The position numbers and the translations under genes are program-made. A stretch of 64,000 nucleotides of DNA from Camelus dromedarius (taxonomy: Eukaryota). Positions 13,025 through 26,150 of the stretch are shown one piece after another; the first letter of the stretch is position 1, and each line of letters starts with the position of its first letter. Under the pieces are notes generated by a model, which was given only the letters and a program-made list of their open reading frames with translations, made no database searches and had not been told where the DNA came from. The DNA lies in contig NC_087436.1 in the NCBI RefSeq assembly GCF_036321535.1, positions 77,316,001 to 77,380,000 on the forward strand, given 5' to 3'.

Positions 13025-14542
13025 ATTTTATATTGTGGTAAAATACATGGAACATAAAATTTGCTTTTTTACTTTTTTTACTTATACAGTTTAATGGCAT
13101 TAAGTACATTCATATGGTTGAGCAGCTATTCATACCATCCATCTCCAGGACTTTTTCATCTTTCTGAACAGAAACTTTGTACCCATTAAACCAAAACTTC
13201 TCATTTCACAATAACTAGCCTCCACCCCTGGGAACCAACCTTCTACTTTCTACCTCTATACATTTGACTACTCTGGGTACCTCATGTAAGTAAAGTCACA
13301 TGCTATTTATCATTTTGTGTCTACTTACTTCACTTAGCATGGTGTCTTTAAGGTTCATCCAGGTTGTCACATGGGTCAGAGTTCCATTCCTTGTTAAAGC
13401 TGAGTAATGTTCCATTGTATGGATATACCACATTTTGTTTATCCATTCGTCTGTCAATGGGCACTTGGGTTGCTTCTACCTTTTGGCTTTTGTGAATATG
13501 CTATGAATATGGGTGTCAACATACCTGTTCAAGTCCTTGCTCTCAATTATCTGGGGCATATACCCAGAAGTGGAATTGCTGGATCATATGGCAGTTCTAT
13601 ATTTCACTTTTTGAGGAACTGCTATACTGTTTTTCATAGGGGCTATACCATTTAAATTTCCCACAAGCAATGCTCTAATTTCTCCACATCCTTGAAGACA
13701 CTTTTTATTTTTTGTTTTTGTTTTTGTTTTTGTTTTTTATAGTAGTCATCTTGGTTGATATGAAGTAGTATCTCCTTGTGGTTTTGATTTACATTGCCCT
13801 AATGATTAGGCATGTTGAGCATCTTTTCATGTGCTTATTGGCCATTTGTATGTTTTCCTTGGAAAAATGTTTATACAAGTTCTTTGCCTTATTTGTTAAT
13901 AGGAGTTGTTTGTATTTTTGTTGTTGAACTATAGAAGTTCTTTTATATATTATGGATATTAATCTCTTATCATATATATGATTTGAAAATATTTTCTGTT
14001 TTACGAACTGCTTTTTCACTCTGTTGGTAGCATCCTTTGATGTTCAAGTTTGTAATTTTGATAAAGTCCAATTTATCTACATTTTTTTGCCTATGCTTTT
14101 GGTGTCTTATCTAAGAAATCATTGCCAAAATCAGTGTCATGAAGTTTTTCTCCCTTTCTTCTAAGAGTTCTATATTTCCAGATCTTATGTTTAGGTCATT
14201 GATCCATTTTGAGTTCAGTTTTTGATTATGCTATAGGGTAAGGGTCTAACTTCATTCTTCTGCATTTGGATATCCAGTTTTCTCAACACCATTTGAAAGA
14301 CTGTTGTTTCTCCATTGAATTACTTGGTACCCTTGTTGAAAATCTTCGACCATACATGTGAGGGTTTATTTCTGAGCTCTCCCATTCTGTTGGTCTGTAT
14401 GTCTCTCTTTATGCTGGCACCATAACTGTTTGATTACTTTGTATTAAGTTTTGAAATCAGGAAATATGAGATCTCCAACTTTGTTCTTTTTCAGAGTTGT
14501 TTTGGCTATTTGGGGTGCCTTGAGATTCCAGATGAATTTTAG
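13025..14542 (-). mobile_element. L1MB-like LINE, 3' UTR plus end of ORF2
   Basis: Antisense L1 3' end; ORF 13789-14019(-) translates to L1 ORF2 C-terminal-like sequence (KIFSNHIYDKRLISIIYK, FSKENIQMANKHMKRCST). Confidence 0.93.
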
Positions 14543-14656
14543 TTATCAACCATATTTTTTGTCCTCTCTTTCTCAGCCACACAAATGGCCATAAGAATAA
14601 AAGAATATTGTATATTTAGGGATATTAATAATGCCTGAACCATTAGAATACAAAGA

Positions 14657-14845
14657 AAGGCAGTGTTGTGTAATGGAAATAACCCTGGAATAGCATTGGA
14701 AGTTGAAAGATTCTGCTCCAACCTCTAACTAGCTATGTGGGTCATCAGTAAGCGATTTATTCTACCCGGGCTTCAGTTTCTTTGTTCTTATACTGAGAGT
14801 ATTAAAATGGATTATGTCTAAAATGTGTTCCAACTCTGAAATTTT
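14657..14845 (+). mobile_element. MIR SINE
   Basis: aggcagtgttgtgtaatggaa...ctctaactagctatgtg...gggcttcagtttc core. Confidence 0.75.
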
Positions 14846-15277
14846 TATGAAAAATATAATCTTTGGAAACTCTGCATGATAGTGTTTTAGTTCCTTTCCC
14901 TATCTACTCCTAGTTAATACTATGATTATGAAAAATAGTTCTTCTCTCTATTGAATGTTTATTATGTGTATCCCTTCCTGTGGCAGAGGGAAATCTCTCT
15001 TGTGAATTCTGTACATGCATATGTTTGTTAATGTTCCATCAATCAGGAGATTGATGAGGTGGAAATTTAACAAAGGATGAAAGACAAGTTGTACCCAGGT
15101 GTGCAGAAAGGAGTGAGTTGGGTAAACAAGAAAAATCACAAGGGGCTAGCACCAGAGGCAAACATTTATGAGAGGCCAGTGAAGGAAAGGAGGTGGGAAG
15201 CCTGTAGGACTGGAAAGTTTGGGCCTGGAATGCTGGAATGTGGGGCAGTAGAGGACATTTCTATTAAGGCATCTGAG

Positions 15278-15703
15278 TGAGAATTAGGGCTGCCCACTTC
15301 TTCAGTTGCCCAGGGACCTAGTGATACAGAAGCAGAGAAAAAGAGAGAGCTATTCCTGAAATGTTGAAAGGGAAAAGTAAAGCATAAAAACAGGATGAAA
15401 TTAGAAAGAGAATGTAATGTAGCATGGGACTAGCCAAAGGTAAATTAACAGGTGACAAAACATATAAAATGCATAATGTGATCCTGACCAGTAACTACCA
15501 AGTACTCGGTAAAGTCAACTAAGCTCATGAATGCTTTGTGTGGGAGACATTTTGGTGTGTGCCAACTGACAAAGGGCTAATTGTCATGCGTGCATCCATG
15601 TAACCCAATACGAAAGGAGCCCTTGGGAATTCTAGAACCTGGAGAATAGTAGACCACCAGAAGTTTCCAGAACTTTGGGGAAGGCCTTGGAAACATAACC
15701 TCA
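15278..15703. mobile_element. Probable ancient solo LTR (ERVL-like, possibly LTR67B-type)
   Basis: 426-bp segment bounded by TGAG...CTCA and compositionally distinct from its flanks; no TSD retained; family name is a weak recollection. Confidence 0.4.
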
Positions 15704-16394
15704 AGATCTGGTGGAGAATAAAGATATGAAAGAGAAAAAGGAACAGTTAGCTTTTGAATGGGCTGAATTCAGTGGGATATACAAAAAAGGTAAATTTTAT
15801 TTTTCTCTAACCACTGCTTTCAGATTTGTTCTGTGGAATCTGCCTTCCTTTTCCCTGGACCATATCACAGGCTTAGTTTTCTGGGGATTTTTTCCCACTA
15901 AAAATAGTCTTATGTTAATTTAATTTCACTTTCAGTTTTTGAAAGTCCAGTCCAGTCTTAATCAAACCTTTAGTCTAATGTGCAATTATTATTATCAGAT
16001 AAGGTCTCACCTTACATTTGGTGTAGGAAGCTGTGATCTGTTTTGTGATTTATTTTATATTCTTTTGAACCGGTCTCCCTCTGTATCTGGTTCCTCATGT
16101 TGGAGAAAGAGAGGAGAATGGTCTTTTGTGATTGGTGCAGTTATATTCAGCATCAGTTTCAACCAATTCTTTTGGTTATGAGTCATGTCCAAAAGATGAT
16201 CTCCCTCATGGAATATGCCACTGGGCTATTCAGAGGACCTCTCCTCGCCCACTCCAACCATGGCAATACCCACTATACAGCGTCTCAGTATAATTGATGC
16301 AATTTTTAGTTAATGTCTTTGCAATACCAGTTCAGTTTCTTTCTCCCACCATACAATCTATTAGAGTTAAGGAAGAATATTATGGGGCATTAAC

Positions 16395-16540
16395 TAACTC
16401 TGTGACACTGGGAAATTTACTAGATATCTGAACTTCCCATTTGTAAACTTGGAACTGTAACCTCCACTCGTAGCTACACTAATTTGACATATAAAGTGCT
16501 TAGAACAGTGCCTAGCACATAGTCTGTAATATTGCCTTTT
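16395..16540 (+). mobile_element. MIR SINE
   Basis: actaactctgtgacactggg...taaagtgcttagaacagtgcctagcacatag. Confidence 0.8.
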
Positions 16541-18411
16541 ATTTGGAGGGCTGAGTTCCTTTTGTCCCAATAAGATGTCTTCTAATATAAGTAAGAGGAG
16601 AGGGAAGTTCTCAAACCTTCCACCTGAAGGCTTGACCCACAAGAATGGAAGCATTCTTATCCTGCCTCACTGCCAACTACTGCCTCCTGGCTGTACTGCC
16701 TTATACCACTCCAGTCACCCATCCTAGGGGAAAAGAGCAAAACAAAGCTCTCTGTATCCTACAAATTTTTCTCTTCATAACTCTCTATTTGTCTTTTAGC
16801 AGGGAAGAGAAAAGAGAGCATTTGATGGAGAGAGGGATCTGTCTAGCTCCTCAGTAAATCCGCCTGCCTAGCATCTCTCCTTAGAATGTGGGAACACTTG
16901 TCAACTGGTATCTTCACTGTCAAGTTTTAATTCAGATTCTGAGGCAACAGATGCAAAATTTTATTTAAAATCCTATTTAGGAGCAACATTTTCAGAATGG
17001 AGATTAAAGAACAAAGAAGAAACCATTTCAACCCTTGGGGGTAACAACTATCTAATCAATTGGTCCTTCACTTTAAATCACAAGCAGCAGGTTGACTCTT
17101 GAAGGTTTTATTTTTTATTCTCCAGTTATAAATCTCATTATTGTGCTTATAATATGCTTAATTTTTTATATTCAACTCCATAAATTTGATTTACGGGGGC
17201 ATTTTTTGGGAAGCAGGAAGAAAAGAAGTGGGACTTATTTTCTGAACATCTTCCCCACATTCTAGTAGCCATCAGAGAAATATTTGAAAGATACTCGCAT
17301 TATTTAAAATTGAGTTTTAAATAATGTGAGTATGAAAGTCTCAGAAACTATAGGTTCAATTTTAATTTAAAATATAGTATTTTAACAGTAGGATCAAGTT
17401 GTCTGTCTGAAGAAGGTAATTTTCAAACTGTTAGTGTTCTTTGTTTACTCCAAATATATGAAAGATGGTTGGAGATTTTAAATACACACCATCTGTTGAA
17501 CAAGTTTTTCTGCTCAACTTCCTGAAAATTATGGGAAAGAAGTGTCATCACTTACAAAGTGCTATAGCCTCAAGATCCTTAAAACACTCTCAAATTTCTT
17601 GGTTACATTTTTATTTTATTTTATTTTACTTTGATTAGTGAGCTTAAGAAATGAATGTCTCCACTTGTCCTTGCAAATGCTCTGGGTTTGATTCCCTCTT
17701 ACTATCTCTTCATGTCTCTGGTAAATAAACCATGTAGATAGAGTTGTAAATGATGCAGGTGAGATGATTTTTGGAGAACTAATCAGAGACAGGTTGATAG
17801 ATTCAGTCTCATGTTTTAAGATTTCAGTTCTTAGTTAAAGTAAGTATGCATGAGACAATCAAATAATCCAGCCTTATCAGATATTAACAACGGTTAAAAT
17901 TGTTAATTTCAAATAAAAGTGAAAAAAAGATAAAAGAGAACATTGTAGACTAGAAGGGATTAGCAGAAGACTAAGTATGGGGGAAACTCAGTTCGGGAGA
18001 ACTGCTTTCTTTCCAGTTTTCTGGAGACCAGCCCTGAAATGAAGTTGGTTTTAATGAGTATCAAATGAAGCCCTCCAGTATATGATTTTACATTAAGTAA
18101 ATTCTTAATTAATAGTAAGTGTTATTAATAATAAGACAGATGGTCAAAATGTGGAACTAATTCAATTCTTGCCAATAGAATATTCAATATGGGCTATAAG
18201 TGTTGGAGTGAATCATTCCAATTACCTATCTTTTAGATAATGAAAGTTTGACTTCGTTAAATTACTTTGTAAAATACATATTTTCTCTCTTGTCTCTGGT
18301 TTCTTTGTGTTTAAAACCAAGACTTATTGTGAATACATAAGTTATTGCCAAAGGCCTTTTAATTCTCTGTCAGTTTGAATTGTTTAATTTAGAGGATATA
18401 TTAATGATATC

Positions 18412-18655
18412 TATTACTAATGTTTTTTGAGCATTCCCCATTAGCCAGACTTGTGCTAAGAGCTTTGCCCATTTTATCTCTGGAATCCTCCCTCTCAACA
18501 ACCCCATGATTTAGCTATTCTTACCATTCCCATTTTATAGATGAGAAGCTGAAGCACAGGGACCAAAGTAACATGTCCCCAACCACACTTCGAGCTAGTG
18601 ACAGAGCTGGTCAGTCTCATTTCCAAGTCCACGTTTCCCCTCTCAAAACTGTGCC
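18412..18655 (-). mobile_element. MIR SINE
   Basis: ctcaacaaccccatg...cccattttatagatgagaagctgaagcacag (antisense MIR core). Confidence 0.8.
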
Positions 18656-18859
18656 CAACTCTTTTATCTTAAAAGATCTGAACTGTTACTAACATTCTAT
18701 ATTCTTAAAAGTGATACAGTTTTAATGATTGGAAGAGCAGCAGTGCGTTCTGTTGAACAGCACATGACATTTGTCATTGTGTTTTATTTTGATAGTTTGC
18801 CATGGAGTCACAGTGAAGTACTTGGCAGATTCCAGTTATCCTCTATGACATATTTAATA

Positions 18860-19050
18860 AGAACAGTAGCTAAAATTTATCAAGTACTAAACTGTGCATT
18901 TTATACGCATAGCACATTTACTATTTGTAAGGCCTTGCTGTTGCCTCCATTACATAGATGAGAGAACTGAGACTTAGAAAGTGAAGCCCCTTTCTCAGAG
19001 GTCACTTTTTCAGTGCTTTTAGGCTAGATCTTTCCCACCAAGGCAGCATT
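18860..19050 (-). mobile_element. MIR SINE
   Basis: ccattacatagatgagagaactgagacttaga. Confidence 0.65.
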
Positions 19051-22000
19051 TTCTGCGTATTGCTTAGTTTCATTTTTCAAGTTTTACCATGTCACTTCTG
19101 GCCCATTGAGATCCTTCCAGTCTTGTTTCTGCCATCCCACCTCTTTCTCCTAGCTCTTAAAGGCTGCCAGTGGATAAAACCTTCCCTGTCATCATCCCAG
19201 TTTGATAAAGAGGTCGAACAGAATGGTACCAAGAACAGAGCCCTGAGGTCTTCTGCCAGGTAGCACTCCCTCCTTATGTTGTATCGTATGTTCATCCTTC
19301 AGCATTCTGTGAGGGATGCTGAGTTACAGGTTGCGAATTAACTCTCATTCAGCCCACTTTTAAAAATCTTGTCTGCAGATTTTGTCAAATTCTTTCTCCT
19401 TCTCTAGTATAACACCTCTATCTCAAGTATAATATGAGAATGAATTTGCCATTTTATGGGCTGATGTGGTGATGGTGATGGGAAGAATACCATGTAAATA
19501 TGAAGCATCTATAGACTATTATTTATAGCATCACAAGGGTGAAGATATCTCCAGGGGTCTCCCACTACATTCCCCTCCATATCAATACATTAATAATTAT
19601 ATCATTAAATTCATAAATATCTATAGGTCCTCATGCTTCTTAGTAACAAAATCATAGTCCCTGATGTCTAAATTTTCATAAAGTCCAAAGTCCTACAGAA
19701 GTTCCCTTTGATCATTGAATACAGTATTTTTTTTACTGTATCATTACCAAAAGATGTTTAATAGAGGAGACTGATATTTATTTTATAACATAAAACCTAA
19801 AGGTATACCTGAAAAATCTCTACTTTCTTTTAACTAACCTAATATGGATCAATCCACATTGAATTAAATGAAATATCTCTTGACCATATTTATATTTTTA
19901 GCTTAACTGTTAAAGTTAATGAGTTCCATATGTTTACTACTCAACTGCCTAAAATAAGTATTTTAGAACTTTTAAAAATAATTTTAGTTTTGAAAAATAG
20001 GAATAGCACACAGTTTATGAGATATTTATTGAGTACATACTATTTACACAGTGCTTTATTCATAGCAGATGCTCAATAAATATTTAAAAAGTTTTTGTGC
20101 TATCATGGAAGTCTAGTACATTTTCTTTTCTGCATCATAAGATGTCTTTCTTTGAGTGTCAAGGAGTACACATTAGTTCTAGTATCTTAATATTTGACAG
20201 ACAAGTCCATTTTTGTAAGTTTCAGGGTTTCATAGACTTTAATCATTTCTATTTTTCGATTTCACTTTCTAAACTGGAGTCCCAGTCATTTCAAATATAG
20301 TTTTGTACGAGAGCTACATGCCATCCTTGCTAATTGCAGCTGTCCATTTCCGATTCTTTGCCAGATTAGTTATATCTTTTCTGTTCTATAACTGGTGAAT
20401 CAGAGTGTAAGCTTCCAGGTATGAATGACCATTGTTTGTTGTCCGGGGCATCATAAGACTCTTCTGTTTTATTTCTGTCATTTACCCTAAGTTATCTATT
20501 TTTCTAATCTTTCTAACTATTACATGCTGGTTTAGTTCTTTAGAATCAGAAAGTAATTAATTTTATCTAAACTAGACCTCTTCTGTCCCAAATGAATTCC
20601 ATTGTTCTTGTTCTCTATCCAGTGGATAAGGCTTAGCCTCTATTTGCCACGACTACTAGTCTTTGACATCATTAAAAACTCTTATTACAGTCACCTTCAC
20701 ATTTCTCTTTTTCTGTGTAATTGTACATCTTTCTGTATATTCTATTATGGCTATTCACACAGTCTCAAAACGCTGTTTCTCTTCCATTGAAGCCTAGGCA
20801 CTTCAGACATATGTGTATATTATGGTTGTCCCAAAAAAGTCTCAGAAAAAAATGTTAAAAATAGATAGAAATGGTAAAATATTAAAGTTCATATGAGCAA
20901 TACAGTGATATTGATATATATTATTTGTGTAGTTATACATAATTTGAAATACATTAGGAAAGTATTTAAAATTTGGGCCTGGATGTTGCTTTATCAAGAC
21001 AACAAAAATAGGAAACTTACTCACAAAGCCAGAATCAAATAGTCTATGCAATGCTATTGTCCTTTAAAATTTTCAGATAAAAGAGACTTTGGGGCTGGCC
21101 TTACACATTCACCTAACTTGTCTCTGGAGTTTTCATCATTTATTCTAAGAAGCTCTTACTCAGCAAATGAATTTTCAGACTGTTATTAAATTTAGCTTAC
21201 TAGTTTCTTAGATTTGGTTTGAGATCTCTGAGGGGAAAACGCCAGAGCTTCACTATTAGCTACCCAATGCATAATGTCTGCTTTCAAAACAATGAGCAGG
21301 GAAATGTGACCCCGTGCTTGGGAATTGAAATCTTGCCAATTGCACTGAAGTGTTACATTCATTATGTCATACCACACACATCTGATAAGGGAAGACATAA
21401 TGCTGTTGGATAGGTTCTTGTATACAAGAACTCCGTAGGTCAAGTAAGGGACTGTTTTTCATTTAATAACTGAACTATGCAGGTGCTAATTTGGACCATA
21501 TGTAGGACAATGCAGAAATATGTTACTCCACAGTGGGATGGTAGCATGTGTGTAGGTTGATATTAAGGGGAATTTTTTGATTAATTAAGCTGCCTGTGCT
21601 CTGGTTAATTTAAACCATAGAAATCAATTAACATAACTTTGTAAAAAATAAAGCTTGCAGAAAACTGTCATAATGCTGAAATTTTTCCTGTTCCTTCTCT
21701 TCATACACCCTGACTTTTTGAAGCTCCCCGTGGACCAGTTCATTTGAGAGAAACATATTGGACACTGGGAAAGGCCAAATTAGAACTGAGGCAGCAATTG
21801 ACTCCCTCATTAAATATGCCTGCCATGGGATCTACATAGTGTATCTGGCACAAGGAATACTGAGGGATTCGGGTTCTTAATATTTTTCATCTTCTTGTGA
21901 GAACTAAGTTAGGAAAAAAGACTCCAGAGGTAACATGCTAAGAACTGTTTTCACAATTTAATTGCAGATTTGCACTCACCAACCAAGTATAGCGTACATA

Positions 22001-22648
22001 TTGAGGATTAAATAAATCCATGAGAACGTTGATGAAGATTTTATTTGAGTGCTATTGGAATCAACCCCTAAGAGAACTTTTTAGATTGTTGACCTATCTA
22101 GTGAAATCCACATTCTGCAGCCTTCTGCTCTCTCGTTGATCATATGCCTCTCTGGCTTTTTTGTACTTCCTTCTCGTTCCTTTGAGATAATGTTATAAAA
22201 ATCCTTTTATTTGCATTGCAAACATTATTCTCTTCCTAAAAAAATTGTTAGAGCAAAGAAATTTTTTAGTTAATTATGGTCATATAAATCTATGTAAAGA
22301 AAACTTTTGTCACCTTGCTGGCCCTGTTCTAGTTCATGTGTGTTTTACTGCAGTTGAGCAACAGCAGGGCTCACAGTGGCAGTGGCAGCACACAGATGCC
22401 ATTCTTAATTCTGAGGAGCGAGGTTTCCAGAGAATATAATTATTGTTCGTATCTTTGGCACTTAAACAGGATATGGCCTTTCCTGAGCCTAGATTTCTAC
22501 TGTGATGTGAAGTGTCTACCCTGCAAAATGAAAATACAGACTGGTTTCCTCCAAAGATGGGTGTAAAACTGACCTCCACCCTATAGTGCAGTGATTTGGG
22601 GACCATGTGCATGGTATAACATTTCTGTTTTTCCCTTTGCTCTTCCAG

Positions 22649-22663
22649 CTGAAACCCCCTGAG
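22649..22663 (+). CDS. Candidate 15-nt microexon of an unidentified host gene (phase 0: LKPPE)
   Basis: Branch-point-like TATAAC, tract tttctgtttttccctttgctcttcCAG, exon CTGAAACCCCCTGAG, donor GTATGT. Length is a multiple of 3 and only phase 0 is stop-free. Confidence 0.5.
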
Positions 22664-22789
22664 GTATGTTCCTTATATACCTGTTCCTGTATCCTTGTAG
22701 CTTCCTAATTGGACTTATCACCTCTAATACACCCGTATATATCAGTTTCATAAATCTCTATAAAGTATGTTTTACAAAAGTTGCCCCTT

Positions 22790-23090
22790 CTCCTTAGAAA
22801 ATGCTCTTGCCTCTATAATAAATCCTGAAGCCCCAGCTGGATAATCAAGTCATTATGCCACCTGGCCAAACTTACCAGTTGACTTTCTCTCCTGCTACCC
22901 TCCCATGTGTCTCCACTTGAGCAAGCCTATCCCATCACTGGACTTCTGAAACTATTATGTCAACTCTCCTCTAATCTGTGCTCGCCCAATTCCAATTCCC
23001 TGGAATGTGCTCCTCCCTCCTATCTATTTATTAAAGCTCCATATTTCACATTCTTATCTCAGACTCCAGCTCTATCACCCATGATCTCTT
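22790..23090 (+). mobile_element. L2 LINE fragment
   Basis: ctcttgcctctataataaatcctgaagcccc...ttccctggaatgtgctcctccc. Confidence 0.5.
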
Positions 23091-23094
23091 CAGC

Positions 23095-23240
23095 CTCAGA
23101 ATTCTTGAAATTAGTTATTGTGGAATCTCAGAATTTTCATACCTAAAGGTAGCTTTGTAAGTGATCTATCTTAATATCCTCATTTTATAAGTAAGAAAAC
23201 TGAGACTCACGGAAGATAAAACTAATAGCCTGCTGTTGCA
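23095..23240 (-). mobile_element. MIR SINE fragment
   Basis: cctcattttataagtaagaaaactgagactca. Confidence 0.65.
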
Positions 23241-25639
23241 GAAAGCTTTAAAGATACACAGAGGAGGGATTTATCCTGAGATGGGGCAGCACAGTTGTAA
23301 ATTCTTTGAGATCAGGTTTTGAGTCTTACACCCATCACCTAGCAAGTATGTAATGAGTGCTTTGTAAATAATTTGATGATGACATCCTGATCAGATTTAC
23401 ATGATAGAGTATGGTGACCGTTTTTAGTCATCTAAAGGCTATCCAAAATGTAGAATATTAGCTTCCAAACTTTGCAATGATAATAATTTGTAGAAATCAT
23501 TCATTCATCTCAGCAGATTAATGCCCTTAAAGCTGTCATAAACAGCTAAATTTAATCATAGAGCTAAATTTATTCATTTCTCAATTGTTTATACCTAAAA
23601 ATTATAGAATCCTTTCATTTGGAAGTTTATTATGAATAAAAATGTCACCGCCCTAACAATGATGGTGTTTCTGCCTCACCACTTAATATTGGAAATACAA
23701 CAGTTGAGTTCTGAAAGTCACACATGGAGTACATTCCTTGGAATCTTCTTTGTTTGATCACTGCTAAACAACACGCAAAGCTTTGTATTTTTTCACCTGA
23801 ATAAATAGTGCCCTGCATTTCACCCTTTGAGGTCAATACATACGTCTCACAAGACAGGCGCTCTCCAGCTCTTTGCCTGCAGATTCTAATGAAAAGCAAA
23901 AAGCTCAGCACTCATGCCACCTGACTAGGAGTGGAGGAGTCTGTTTTTTATTCTTATTTTGGAAGGCCAGATGCTGGTCAGCAGTAGTTATCTATATGGT
24001 TATGTTTTCTCAGTAGGAAAGAACAGTATATATCTATCTGCTGCTCTCAGCTTTGATTATCTACCAACATAGCTTCAAAGCAGATGACTTGCCAAACACT
24101 CTGAATATTTAAATTTCATTGTAATTTATAGTAACGGATGTGTGAAAGAATTGCCAGTATCTACATAGCATTTGTGAATTTAATTATTGCTTGCCAGAAT
24201 AATTGATGTTTAACTGACATCTTGAATTCTAACTTGCTAGTAGCTCTTTTAAAAGTTACAACTTTCATTAGAAATCATTGTATTTATTTATAAATGTCAA
24301 CTGTGTGTAGAAAACATGTTTACTATTTTTAAGAAATCTCAGATTATCTGCAACATGTATTTAGTTGAAATTGTTTGCTTTGCTTGTGTCTTGAATTTGA
24401 CAGTTTTTAAAATAAACTAAAAAAATTACTATAATTTAATTGTTCAGAACACATGCATTATACGCTTTACAGTCCAAAGTAGAAACAAAAAGCTCATTTG
24501 CATAGCTTGGATGAGTCTCTGTAACTTGACCTTTTTTTAGATGCAGGTGCCAGATTTGGGGGCCAACATTATTCCAGTGGTTACCAGACCATTAAGGCTT
24601 GCTGTCAAGCTCTGTACATTCTGTAGTATTTGGAAATGCCTCACAGTAGCATCATTAAAACAGACTAAGTATACACTTAAATATGATGAAAGCCAAGTTA
24701 ATACAAATGTGCACATGGGTTTCTTATTTGGGCACAGGATAATATTATAATAATATATATAGCACATCCACACTTTATCATTCATTCTGGTAAATTTTGA
24801 TGTGTTGTTAACTATTAGGCAGTGTGAGCTAGTCTGGAGAATCTTAGATGTATTAGAAAATTGATCCCATTAGCGTCTCTTACTGGTTAGGTCTAGTGAT
24901 AATGCATGGACTGCTAGAGCCTCCTTATTTTGTTTTCTTTTTTTTTTTTTCTTTTCCTTTTTTCTTTTAACCACCTAGTTTCTTCCCACTTACCTTATTC
25001 CAGGGACAGCTTCCTCACATGCAGTGAGGTCCAATTGCCATCCTTGGCAGATACCTTTGCTACCCAGATGGGGCAAGCTGTACTCTGTTCATCTACATGC
25101 TGTTTTTCAGAATAATAATGTGACCCAAATGGATGTGAGCATCAGTATAAATATTGTTTGTCTTATTCCCCACCATCACATCCTCAAATGATCCTCTCCT
25201 CTCATAAAGCTAGAGTTGACTGTATCAGAAATCAACCAATGCAGACCACATCTTTAATGCTACAAAGATGCCTTGGGCATCAACTGACAAAAGCCTCATA
25301 TATGTAGAATTTTAAAAATTATAGAATAAAAGTTTGATTCACTGTGTCTTAAATACACTAATTTCAAATGAGTCATTTGTTCAGTGGACATATAGGAAAG
25401 AGAAGAAGCTGGATTTATGAAGAATAGTGTGGTCTTACCACACCATGTGAGGGAAGAGCATTCCTGATAGCAGTCAAAAGTGACAAAGGACAGTCAAATG
25501 CCAAGATAAGAGAGAGAAAAACAGAGAAAGCAGCACATGATCTGTAAAAGTACAGTAAGTCTGCAAGCTTTGTCACCTGGTCTCTAAAATGATTCTTTAA
25601 TTATTGCTATCTTGTATGTTCTAAATAGTAAGGATACAG

Positions 25640-26150
25640 AATGTGAATCAGGTTATAGAACAGTGAATAAGGATATAGACATTGAAGATGTAGAGTAGAG
25701 GATAAAACCAAGTCCCTGTTTCTATATAATTTATGTTCAATTAGGGAAGAGAGACAATAAGCATATAAATAAAAATAAACTCAATCATTTCATGAGATAA
25801 ACGCAAAAGTGTATAAAAACAAGGTAGGTGATAAAGAATTTCAAAAGGTGGTTATGAAGGGCTTGTCTGAGATGGTGACAATTGAGGTGAGGGCTGAATG
25901 GCTCGATGAGCAAAGGGAAGAACTGCTGAAAGTGTCCCAGACAGAAGGAACAGTAAGTGTGAAGACCTTGAGGCATAAATGAGCTTAACGTGTACGAAGA
26001 AGGGTAAGAAGGCCAACGTGCTTGGATTCTGTGTGTGCGGGGAGGAGCAGTATGAGATGAGGGTGGGAGCGGGTAGCCAGACACAAATCATGTGTGACCT
26101 TTTGTGAAGAGAAGCAATTTGGATGATTTTCTGTTGTGTCAGTGGAGAAG
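25640..26150 (-). mobile_element. L2 LINE 3' region
   Basis: gagagacaataagc...gagatggtgacaattgaggtgagggctgaatgg...cagacagaaggaacagtaagtgtgaagaccttgagg. Confidence 0.8.

Noticed and set aside
24541..24750. Acceptor-like tttttttAG followed by an ATG ORF
   Set aside because: No convincing donor and no recognisable peptide.
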